This document shows, piece by piece, positions 28,017-36,120 of a stretch of DNA of 64,000 nt. Both the position numbers and the translations under genes were made by a program. The notes under the pieces are model-generated. The model saw only the letters and a program-made list of their open reading frames with translations, was not told the origin of the DNA and did not search any database. Position 1 is the stretch's first letter. Each line of letters begins with the position of its first letter. Source of the stretch: Vicinamibacteria bacterium (GTDB lineage Bacteria; Acidobacteriota; Vicinamibacteria; Fen-336; JAGNNV01); assembly GCA_031392925.1 (NCBI GenBank), contig JANMVV010000378.1:4766-68765 (forward strand), in the 5' to 3' direction.

Positions 28017-28889
28017 CTATTTCAAGTAGCGCCCGATTATGGGGGCCAAATCCTTTTTGACCTTCTCGGGGATGAGATAGGGCGCGGTCATGATCGCAAA
28101 CTTGAGAGCGCTTTCGCACTCGCAGTCGCGGGGTGCGGGAAACTGTTCCACCGCGGCCTTGAGGATCGCCTTCGCCATGGAGGCGTTCTTTTGGACCACC
28201 GCCACCACCTGCTCGACGGTGACCGCGTCGTGCCCGGGGTGCCAGCAGTCGTAGTCGGTGACCATGGCGAGAGTCGCGTAGCAGATCTCGGCCTCGCGGG
28301 CGAGCTTGGCTTCCTGCAGGTTCGTCATGCCGATGAGGTCGGCGCCCCAGGATCGGTACAGGTTCGACTCGGCGAGGGTCGAGAACTGCGGCCCTTCCAT
28401 GCAGACGTAAGTGCCACCCTCATGGATGACGGCGCCGGCGCGCCGGCAGGCCTCGCCCAGGATCCTGTGGACGTGTCTGCAGACCGGATGGGCGAAGCCC
28501 ACGTGGCCCACGATGCCGCCTTCGAAGAAGGTGCCCTTGCGGCCGAAGGTGCGGTCGATGAACTGATCGGGCGTCACCATGTGGGTGGGGACGTACTGCT
28601 CCTTGAGCGAGCCCACCGCGGAGACGGAGAGGATCCACTTCACGCCGAGAGCCTTCAGGGCCCAGATGTTGGCGCGGAAGTTGATCTCCGAGGGCGAGAT
28701 CCGATGGCCGCGACCGTGACGCGGCAGGAAGGCGACACTTTGCGCGCCGAACCCGCCCACCATGATCGCGTCCGACGGTTTCCCGAAGGGGGTCTCGATG
28801 AAAGCCTCGCCCTGGGCTTCGAAACCCTCGATGTCGTAGAGGCCGCTGCCTCCGATGATGCCGATGTCCGCGGTGTGGTTCATTTCCAT
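28017..28889 (-). CDS. mtnP: S-methyl-5'-thioadenosine phosphorylase (MTAP, PNP family 2)
   Basis: IGIIGGSGLYD N-terminal phosphate-binding loop. Overall PNP/MTAP pattern. 290 aa. Confidence 0.8.
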   Translation of the reverse strand: MEMNHTADIGIIGGSGLYDIEGFEAQGEAFIETPFGKPSDAIMVGGFGAQSVAFLPRHGRGHRISPSEINFRANIWALKALGVKWILSVSAVGSLKEQYVPTHMVTPDQFIDRTFGRKGTFFEGGIVGHVGFAHPVCRHVHRILGEACRRAGAVIHEGGTYVCMEGPQFSTLAESNLYRSWGADLIGMTNLQEAKLAREAEICYATLAMVTDYDCWHPGHDAVTVEQVVAVVQKNASMAKAILKAAVEQFPAPRDCECESALKFAIMTAPYLIPEKVKKDLAPIIGRYLK

Positions 28890-28890
28890 T

Positions 28891-29283
28891 TCAGGCCTGC
28901 TTCAGTTCGAGGAGAACGCCGGCCGCGGACTTCGGGTGGATGAAGGCGACTCGGCAGCCGCCCGCGCCGATCCGCGGCACCTCATCGAGAAGCTGCGCTC
29001 CGGCCGCCTTCATTTCGGCCATGGACTTCTCGATGTCATCGACGAGGACGCAGATGTGGTGCAGCCCTGAACGCTTCTCGAGGAATTTCGCGATCACCGA
29101 CGAGGGGTCTGTGGGCTCCAGAAGCTCGAGGTGCGATTCGCCCACGGTGATGAACGCGGTCTTCACCTTCTCGGTCGGCACGTCGTGCTCGGACTCGATC
29201 GTGAAGCCGAGGGCCTCGTAGGCGCGCTTGGCCGCGGTCAGGTCTTTCACCGCGATGCCCAGGTGGTCGATCTTCAGAATCAT
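28891..29283 (-). CDS. mce: Methylmalonyl-CoA epimerase (VOC/glyoxalase-fold)
   Basis: MILKIDHLGIAVKDL...HICVLVDDIEK...FIHPKSAAGVLLEL is typical of VOC-family MCE. The track ORF extends upstream, but start at MILK (29283) fits. Confidence 0.7.
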   Translation of the reverse strand: MILKIDHLGIAVKDLTAAKRAYEALGFTIESEHDVPTEKVKTAFITVGESHLELLEPTDPSSVIAKFLEKRSGLHHICVLVDDIEKSMAEMKAAGAQLLDEVPRIGAGGCRVAFIHPKSAAGVLLELKQA

Positions 29284-29296
29284 GGCGTCTCCGTCG

Positions 29297-30238
29297 TCAC
29301 TCGATGCCCTTGAGGGTCTCGTCGGCCGCCGAGTAGGGATCGACCAGCCGATTCTGTACCCGCTCGCGCAGGCGCAGGCTGGAATCGAGCGCGTCGATGC
29401 GGCGACGCACCTTCTCCCGAAGGAGCCCTTCCACCTGCGCCTCGAACTGGCGCAGGAGCCGTTCGCGCCGCCGGGCGGCCAATTGCCCGCTCGCCTCGCG
29501 CCGGGCGCGGACCTCTTCAATCGTCTTCGCCAGTTCCTCGATGCCCTGGCTCGACGGGGCCACGGTGCGAACCACCGGAGGCCGATCGCCCCTCGTCTCG
29601 CCGGTGAGCGACAGCATCATCTCGATTTCCGAGGCCAGCCGATCGGCGCCGTCGCGATCGGCCTTGTTCACCACGAACACATCCGCGATCTCCATGATCC
29701 CGGCCTTGAGGGCCTGGACCTCGTCACCGAGACCGGGCACCAGAACCACGATGGCGATATCCGCTTCGGAGGCGATGTCGACCTCGTCCTGCCCCACGCC
29801 CACGGTCTCGACGATCAGGATGTCCTTGGACGAGGCGTCGAGCACAAGGAGGGCGGCGGCGGTGGCGGCGGAAAGGCCGCCTAGAGCGCCGCGCGTGGCC
29901 ATCGAGCGAATGAACACGCCATCATCGGTCGCGTGGTTCTGCATGCGGATCCGGTCGCCCAGGATGGCGCCCCCGGAAAATGGAGAGGTGGGATCGACGG
30001 CCACCACACCCACCGTCTTCCCCGCTTTCCGGAAATGCGTGGTCAGCCGATCGACCAGAGTCGACTTCCCCGCCCCGGGCGGACCGGTGATCCCGAGGGT
30101 CAGGGCACGGCCGGCATGCGGAAAGAGACGGGCGAGCAGTGCGCGTGAGCCCGGCCAGTCGTCCTCGACCGCCCGGATGGCCCTCGCCACCGCGCGGATG
30201 TCACCGCGCAGGATGTCTTTGTCTTCCGGGAGTTTCAT
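29297..30238 (-). CDS. meaB: Methylmalonyl-CoA mutase-associated G-protein chaperone MeaB (ArgK)
   Basis: Walker A GITGPPGAGKSTL. MeaB-specific ETVGVGQDEVDIA. NKADRD G4 motif. Confidence 0.85.
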   Translation of the reverse strand: MKLPEDKDILRGDIRAVARAIRAVEDDWPGSRALLARLFPHAGRALTLGITGPPGAGKSTLVDRLTTHFRKAGKTVGVVAVDPTSPFSGGAILGDRIRMQNHATDDGVFIRSMATRGALGGLSAATAAALLVLDASSKDILIVETVGVGQDEVDIASEADIAIVVLVPGLGDEVQALKAGIMEIADVFVVNKADRDGADRLASEIEMMLSLTGETRGDRPPVVRTVAPSSQGIEELAKTIEEVRARREASGQLAARRRERLLRQFEAQVEGLLREKVRRRIDALDSSLRLRERVQNRLVDPYSAADETLKGIE

Positions 30239-30266
30239 GCGCCCTTGCGTGCGTCCCGAACCGACC

Positions 30267-31406
30267 TTAAGCGAGAAGGGATCGCGCGATCACGAGTTTC
30301 TGGATTTCGCTCGTGCCTTCGCCGATGGTGCCGAGCTTGGAATCGCGCAGGGCGCGTTCCACCGGATAGTCCTTCACGAAGCCGTAGCCGCCGTGAATCT
30401 GGATCGCCTCCAGAGCCACTTCCACCGCCATCTCGCTGGCAAAGAGTTTCGCCATGGCCGACTCGGTCTTGTGTTCGCGACCGGCGTCGCGCAGCGCGGC
30501 CGCCCGCAGCATGAGGAGCCGGGCCGCGTCGATCTTCATGGCCATCTCGGAGAGCTTGAACTGAACGCCCTGGAATTCCGCGATGGCCTGATTGAATTGC
30601 TTGCGTCCTTTCGCGTAGGAAAGCGCCGCTTCGAAGGCACCCTGTGCAATGCCGATCGAGAACGCCGCGATGCCGATGCGCCCGCGATCGAGAATTTTCA
30701 GGGTATCGATGAAGCCCTGGCCGAGCTCACCGAGCAGGTTGTCCTTCGGGATGCGGCAGTCCTCGAGGATCAGTTCGGAAGTGTCGGACGAGCGGACGCC
30801 CAGCTTGTCTTCCTTCTTGCCCGGCCGAAAGCCCTTGGTTCCGCGATCCACCAGGAACGCGGAGATGCCCTTGTTGCCTTTCGTCTTGTCGGTCACGGCC
30901 ATGATGACCGCCACCTCGGCGAAGCTCCCGTTGGTGATGAACGTCTTGGAGCCATTCAGGACCCACGAGTCTCCGTCCTTGACCGCGACCGTCTTGGTTC
31001 CGCCCGCGTCCGAGCCGGCGCTGTTCTCGGTCAGGCCCCAGGCCCCCACGAACTCGCCGGTGGCGAGTTTCGGCAGGTACTTCTTCTTCTGTTCCTCGCT
31101 GCCGGCCAGGAAGATGTGGCCGGAGGAGAGAGAGTTGTGAGCCGCGGTCGAGAGAGCCACGCCCGCGTCGACGCGTGCGAGTTCCTCGATGACGATGGTG
31201 TAGTCCACCGTCGACATGCCCGAGCCGCCGTATTCCTCGGGAAAGACCACGGCAAGGAGCCCCAAATCGCCGAGCTTGATGAAGATGTCGCGAGGGAACT
31301 GCTGGGCCTCGTCCCAGGCCCGGGAATTCGGCTTCAACTCGCGTTCGGCGAAATCGCGGACGGTTTTCTTGAGGAGCCGCTGATCCGCGCTCAGTTCGAA
31401 GTCCAT
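30267..31406 (-). CDS. Acyl-CoA dehydrogenase (short/branched-chain type)
   Basis: ACAD fold motifs. C-terminal catalytic region HGGYGFVKDYPVERALRDSKLGTIGEGTSEIQ. 379 aa. Confidence 0.85.
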   Translation of the reverse strand: MDFELSADQRLLKKTVRDFAERELKPNSRAWDEAQQFPRDIFIKLGDLGLLAVVFPEEYGGSGMSTVDYTIVIEELARVDAGVALSTAAHNSLSSGHIFLAGSEEQKKKYLPKLATGEFVGAWGLTENSAGSDAGGTKTVAVKDGDSWVLNGSKTFITNGSFAEVAVIMAVTDKTKGNKGISAFLVDRGTKGFRPGKKEDKLGVRSSDTSELILEDCRIPKDNLLGELGQGFIDTLKILDRGRIGIAAFSIGIAQGAFEAALSYAKGRKQFNQAIAEFQGVQFKLSEMAMKIDAARLLMLRAAALRDAGREHKTESAMAKLFASEMAVEVALEAIQIHGGYGFVKDYPVERALRDSKLGTIGEGTSEIQKLVIARSLLA

Positions 31407-31479
31407 TCCATACCTCTAAGGAACTCCCTCAGAAACGAGGGGCTCTCGATCTTACGCGTTCGCTCCCGTTTGGAACGGC

Positions 31480-32316
31480 TCAGGAAACCGTCTTGAAGAA
31501 CGCATAGAGGAGAGGGGCGGCGAGGATGAAAGCGTCCATCCGGTCGAGAGCCCCGCCGTGACCGGGGAAGAGGGTTCCCGAGTCCTTCGCTCCGACGTAG
31601 CGCTTGAACAAACTCTCCAGCAGGTCGCCGGCGATGCCCGCGGTCGCCACCAGCACGCCGATCACGATCACGAGGCCGAGCGACTGGTCCTTGAACAGAT
31701 AGGTCGCGACCACCGCACTCGCGAGAGCGGCGCCGACAAGTCCGCCGATCGCCCCTTCGACGGTCTTGCCCGGCGAGACCTGGGGCGCGAGCTTGTGGCG
31801 GCCGATCGCGTGACCGGTGAAATACGCGAACACATCGGATGAAATGACGACCGCGAGCAGCAGGGCGATCCGCGACGTGCCTTCCTCCATCGGGGGGAGG
31901 CTCGAAAGAGCGGCGAAGGACCCCGCGCCAAGTCCGATCAGGAGTCCGGCCAGCGCCCCCGCGCCTTCGGCGGCGAGAACGGGAATTCCGAATCGATCCG
32001 CGCGCGACACCGCGACGAACGCGGCGGCCACCGCGGCCACAATGGGGAGTCCGGAGATGGGAAACGCGTGCGTCGCGTCGGGTGTGCCCGCCATTTCAAA
32101 GAAAAGGGCGATGCCGGGAAGAAAGGAAATGTGGGAGGCGTGGAGCGAGGCGCGGGCGAGCAGGGTGTGGGCTTCACTCACCCCGAGGACGCAGAGGATC
32201 GCGGCGAGGATCCAGGGGCCGCGCTGCGGAAAAAGGGCGATGGCCGAGACCACGACGGGAAGGACCACCACCGCGGTCGCGACCCGCCGGAAGAGATTCG
32301 AGGAGAAAAGGCTCAT
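31480..32316 (-). CDS. cdsA: Phosphatidate cytidylyltransferase CdsA
   Basis: C-terminal signature LFKRYVGAKDSGTLFPGHGGALDRMDAF. Polytopic membrane protein. ATGA overlap with uppS stop. Confidence 0.75.
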   Translation of the reverse strand: MSLFSSNLFRRVATAVVVLPVVVSAIALFPQRGPWILAAILCVLGVSEAHTLLARASLHASHISFLPGIALFFEMAGTPDATHAFPISGLPIVAAVAAAFVAVSRADRFGIPVLAAEGAGALAGLLIGLGAGSFAALSSLPPMEEGTSRIALLLAVVISSDVFAYFTGHAIGRHKLAPQVSPGKTVEGAIGGLVGAALASAVVATYLFKDQSLGLVIVIGVLVATAGIAGDLLESLFKRYVGAKDSGTLFPGHGGALDRMDAFILAAPLLYAFFKTVS

Positions 32317-33137
32317 GCCCGCGATGTGGCCGCGGTGATGCCGCCGTAGCGACGTTCCCTTTTCTGGAAATCGGCGATCGCCTGCAGCAGGTGCCGGCGG
32401 CGGAAGTCGGGCCACAAGACGTCGGTTACCCAGATCTCCGCGTACGCGATCTGCCAGAGGAGAAAATTGGATACGCGCAGCTCGCCGCTCGTGCGGATCA
32501 GGAGATCCGGCTCGGGGAGATGGGCGGTGAAGAGATACTTTTCGATCGTGGCCTCGTCGATCGTTGACGGATCGAGGGCGCCAGCCTTCGCCTCGTGGGC
32601 GATGCGGCGCACCACGTCGGTGAGCTCGGAGCGACCCGAATAGTTGAGGGCCAGCGAGAATTGAAGGCCGGTGAGGTGCGCGGTCTCCCGGATGCCACGG
32701 CGCAGTTCGTCCTGCACGTCCTTCGGAAGGCCATCGAGCCCACCCACCACTCCGAACTTGATGTTGTTCTCCTGGAGCGTTCTCAGCTCCCGACGGATGT
32801 AGAGCTTCAGCAGACCCATAAGACCCGACACCTCGTCGGTGGGCCGCTTCCAGTTCTCGGTCGAGAAAGCGTAGACGGTGAGGGCCTCGAGCCCGAGGCG
32901 CGCCGCGGTCTCGACCGTGGAACGTACGGACTCGACTCCGGCCCGATGACCTTCGAGGCGCGGGAGAAAACGGCTCTTCGCCCAGCGTCCGTTGCCGTCC
33001 ATGATGATGGCCACGTGGCGCGGAAGGCGGTCGAAGTCGATGGCGTCGACGAGTGCTCTCTCGTCGCGGTCGCTTCCAATCACCTCGAGAACCTGGGTGC
33101 GCGTCATGCTGAGGGATTGTAAGCGGTCAGGCGACAA
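32313..33137 (-). CDS. uppS: Undecaprenyl-diphosphate synthase (isoprenyl transferase) UppS
   Basis: HVAIIMDGNGRWA and FSTENWKRP motifs. Conserved uppS-cdsA order. Confidence 0.85.
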   Translation of the reverse strand: MSPDRLQSLSMTRTQVLEVIGSDRDERALVDAIDFDRLPRHVAIIMDGNGRWAKSRFLPRLEGHRAGVESVRSTVETAARLGLEALTVYAFSTENWKRPTDEVSGLMGLLKLYIRRELRTLQENNIKFGVVGGLDGLPKDVQDELRRGIRETAHLTGLQFSLALNYSGRSELTDVVRRIAHEAKAGALDPSTIDEATIEKYLFTAHLPEPDLLIRTSGELRVSNFLLWQIAYAEIWVTDVLWPDFRRRHLLQAIADFQKRERRYGGITAATSRA

Positions 33138-33173
33138 GGCTCAGCCGCGGGTCGAGAGCGCCTCGTCCAATCC

Positions 33174-33602
33174 TCAGGAAAAGCGCTCCACGACCAGGGT
33201 CAGCCCGTCACGCGCCACCACCCGCACCCGGTCGCCTCGCCGGAATTCAACCCTCGGCGCGCACCGGGCGTGCCAGAAGGACCCAAACACCTCCACCTCC
33301 AGCGGCGAAGCCTGCACCACGATGCCCTCTTTGCCCACCGGGGACGCGTCCGTCGAGGGCGGCTCACGATGCCGATACAGGAAAACGTACATGGCGAGGG
33401 GCGTGAAGATCCACAGGAGCAGGCGCGGCCAGGAAAGGCCCTCGGGCCGAAGAGGCGGATCCAGCAGGTACCACAGAGCCCAGAAGGCGAGAACGATGAG
33501 GATTCCCGTGCTCGCGTGCAGCGCAGTCACGCTATTGGCGCTGCCGTACCACGCAACGGTCATGAAGACGTTCGAGACGTCCGGGTTCGGTTCAATCGCC
33601 AT
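33174..33602 (-). CDS. NfeD-like membrane protein (short form)
   Basis: Two N-terminal TM helices plus C-terminal OB/beta-barrel pattern (EVFGSFWHARCAPRVEFRRGDRVRVVARDGLTLVVE). No adjacent SPFH/stomatin partner visible. Confidence 0.45.
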   Translation of the reverse strand: MAIEPNPDVSNVFMTVAWYGSANSVTALHASTGILIVLAFWALWYLLDPPLRPEGLSWPRLLLWIFTPLAMYVFLYRHREPPSTDASPVGKEGIVVQASPLEVEVFGSFWHARCAPRVEFRRGDRVRVVARDGLTLVVERFS

Positions 33603-33609
33603 GAGCGGT

Positions 33610-34323
33610 CTAGCGGCCGCCGGGGATGAGGGGCCGGAACACCACCGTGTATCGCTTCGGACCTTCGCACACCTGAGCCATGTCGGGGCCGGTGGGAAAG
33701 CTCCGGGTCAGTGTCTCGGGCACCGTGGTTTCACCGCTCACCGCCTGAGCGAGCGGGGGCAACCCCTTCGCGGTGCGGCATCCTCCGGGGAGGGTTGCCT
33801 CCCGAACCGTCATGGTGAACTCGGAGGGGTCCCAGGGCTTGAGGGAAGGATGGCGAAAGCCCGCGAGACGGCGGATGAAATCGGGCAGGGGCGAAAGAGC
33901 GAGGCCGCCCGCGGGAGGGAGCTTGCCCATGACCACGATCTGCAGCGGCGCGCCCAGGAGCACCGAGAACCTGAAGATAGCCGGACCGGCGCCCTCACCC
34001 GGCTCCTGGCCCAGGACGAGCGTCTTCGGCGGACCGGCCTTGCCAACGGATTTCATCGCCGCGTCGAGCTGCGTTGAAATCGCCTGCATCTCCGTCTTGT
34101 CGAGAAAACCGCGCAGCACTTCGCGCCGTCCCGCCACGAAGACCGAACCGTCGGTGAGCAGGGCGAAGCGCGGCGGGACGCCGTCGAAACTCTCGCGAGC
34201 GGTGAGCTTCACCTCCGCGGGCAGGGGATCGAGCCGGAGCCACTGAGCGGGAGGAGCCGCCTGCGCCACGGCGTTTTGGGCTCCGCCGAGCAGGGCGCCC
34301 ACGATGAGGACCAGGCGGATCAT
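33610..34323 (-). CDS. Secreted hypothetical protein
   Basis: Signal peptide MIRLVLIVGALLGGAQNAVAQA. No recognisable motif. Confidence 0.35.
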   Translation of the reverse strand: MIRLVLIVGALLGGAQNAVAQAAPPAQWLRLDPLPAEVKLTARESFDGVPPRFALLTDGSVFVAGRREVLRGFLDKTEMQAISTQLDAAMKSVGKAGPPKTLVLGQEPGEGAGPAIFRFSVLLGAPLQIVVMGKLPPAGGLALSPLPDFIRRLAGFRHPSLKPWDPSEFTMTVREATLPGGCRTAKGLPPLAQAVSGETTVPETLTRSFPTGPDMAQVCEGPKRYTVVFRPLIPGGR

Positions 34324-34410
34324 TGGCTGAGGATAATTCGCCGGGGCGTGCGCGCGACTGAGCGAAGGGTCCTCGTTAAGATGGAGCGTCCCCTCAGGAG
34401 GAAAAGAATC

Positions 34411-36117
34411 ATGCGCGTTGCCCGCCTAAAGCCGCTCCTTGTCGTCCTCGCCCTGGGAGTTTCATCCCTGCCACCGACGACGCAGGCCGCCCAGCCGGTT
34501 CGAGCCAGGAGCGGGATGGTGGCATCGCAGGCGTTCATCGCCTCGCAGGTGGGGACGGACGTTCTCAAGGACGGGGGCAACGCGGTCGACGCGGCCGTCG
34601 CCGCCGCGTTCGCTCTCGCCGTCGTCCATCCCACGGCGGGGAATATCGGGGGCGGGGGCTTCCTGGTGAACCGGCTCGCCAACGGAAACACGAGCACCTA
34701 CGATTTCCGCGAAATCGCGCCGGCGCTGGCCCACCCCGGCATGTTTCTCAAGGACGGCAAGTACGACGCGGAGCTTCATCACAATTCCCACGTCGCGGTG
34801 GGCGTGCCCGGAACGGTGGCCGGGCTCTACGCCGCCTGGGCGGACCTCGGCTCCAAGAGGATGCCGTGGCGGCGCCTGGTGGAGCCCGCGGTCGTCCTCG
34901 CCCGCGAGGGCTTCTTCGTGACCGATGGTCTCGCTCGATCGCTCAGGAGCGTCCTGCCTCACATGCAGAAGTATCCGGCTTCATTAGCGCAGTTCTCGCG
35001 GAAGGGCGTGCCCTACGAGATGGGCGACCTCCTCAAGCAGCCCGATCTCGCGGACACGCTCCAGCGCATCGCCCTTGAAGGACCGCGCGGCTTCTACGAG
35101 GGCGAGACCGCCCGTCTCATCGCGAAGGAGATGAAGGCGAACGGAGGCCTCATCACCGAGGCCGACCTGAAGAGCTATGCGCCCAAGAAGCGGCCCGCCA
35201 CGGTGGGAACGTACCGCGGCTACGAGGTGATCAGCATGCCCCCCATCAGTTCGGGGGGGACCGCGCTCATCGAAATGCTGAACGTCCTGGAAGGCTACGA
35301 CCTCGCCAAGGACGGCCCGCGCTCGGCGGCCACGATTCATCGGATCACCGAGGCCATGCGGCGCGCGTTCGCCGATCGGGCCCGGTACATGGGCGACCCC
35401 GCGTTCAATCCGAACCTGCCGACCACGCGCCTGATCTCCAAGGAATACGCGCTCGAACTTCGCAAGACCATTCGCGAGGACAAGGCCTCGGTGTCGACCC
35501 CCGCCACGTTCGAGTGGCCGGCGGAGAGCGACGAGACCACGCATCTCTCCGTGGTCGATCAGGACCTGAACGCGGTCTCCATGACCTATACCCTCGAAGC
35601 CGGCTACGGCTCGAAGATCGTGGTCCCGGGTGCTGGGTTCCTGCTCAACAACGAGATGGGCGACTTCAACGCCGGCCCCGGCCTCACCGACGGAAAGGGA
35701 CTGATCGGTACCGAGCCCAATCTGGCTCAACCCGGCAAACGGATGCTCTCGTCGATGACGCCCGCCATCCTCGCCAAGGACGGCGACCTGTTCATGGTCA
35801 TCGGGTCGCCGGGCGGCCGCACCATCATCAACACCGTCCTGCTCACCATCCTCAACGTCGTCGACTTCGGCATGAATATCCAGGACGCCGTGGACTTCCC
35901 GCGGTTCCATCATCAGTGGCTGCCCGACCGGATCGACTTCGAGAAGAACGGCATTTCGCCCGACACCCTCGCCATCCTGAAGCAGCGCGGGCACGCATCC
36001 GAAGAGAGTCCATACCCTCAGGGCGTCGCTCAGGGCATCGTGTGGAACAAGCGCGACAAGGTCCTTGAAGGCGCAACGGATCGACGCGTCCTCGACGGGG
36101 CTGCGATCGGACACTAG
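34411..36117 (+). CDS. ggt: Gamma-glutamyltranspeptidase (Ntn-hydrolase)
   Basis: Signal peptide. Autoprocessing/nucleophile Thr in DETTHLSVVD. GGT-family motifs throughout. Start at 34411 (MRVARLKPLL). The track ORF 5' extension is unlikely. Confidence 0.85.
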   Translation: MRVARLKPLLVVLALGVSSLPPTTQAAQPVRARSGMVASQAFIASQVGTDVLKDGGNAVDAAVAAAFALAVVHPTAGNIGGGGFLVNRLANGNTSTYDFREIAPALAHPGMFLKDGKYDAELHHNSHVAVGVPGTVAGLYAAWADLGSKRMPWRRLVEPAVVLAREGFFVTDGLARSLRSVLPHMQKYPASLAQFSRKGVPYEMGDLLKQPDLADTLQRIALEGPRGFYEGETARLIAKEMKANGGLITEADLKSYAPKKRPATVGTYRGYEVISMPPISSGGTALIEMLNVLEGYDLAKDGPRSAATIHRITEAMRRAFADRARYMGDPAFNPNLPTTRLISKEYALELRKTIREDKASVSTPATFEWPAESDETTHLSVVDQDLNAVSMTYTLEAGYGSKIVVPGAGFLLNNEMGDFNAGPGLTDGKGLIGTEPNLAQPGKRMLSSMTPAILAKDGDLFMVIGSPGGRTIINTVLLTILNVVDFGMNIQDAVDFPRFHHQWLPDRIDFEKNGISPDTLAILKQRGHASEESPYPQGVAQGIVWNKRDKVLEGATDRRVLDGAAIGH

Positions 36118-36120
36118 AGG

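Noticed and set aside
26997-28889. PfkB kinase as methylthioribose kinase forming a methionine-salvage pair with mtnP
   Set aside because: MtnK belongs to a different (APH-like) kinase family. The PfkB signature fits ribokinase/adenosine kinase instead, so the link remains only a loose purine/MTA-salvage association.
33174-33602. NfeD-like gene as part of an SPFH/flotillin membrane-microdomain pair
   Set aside because: No SPFH/stomatin/flotillin gene is adjacent (neighbours are uppS and a secreted hypothetical), so the usual NfeD-SPFH operon inference does not apply here.
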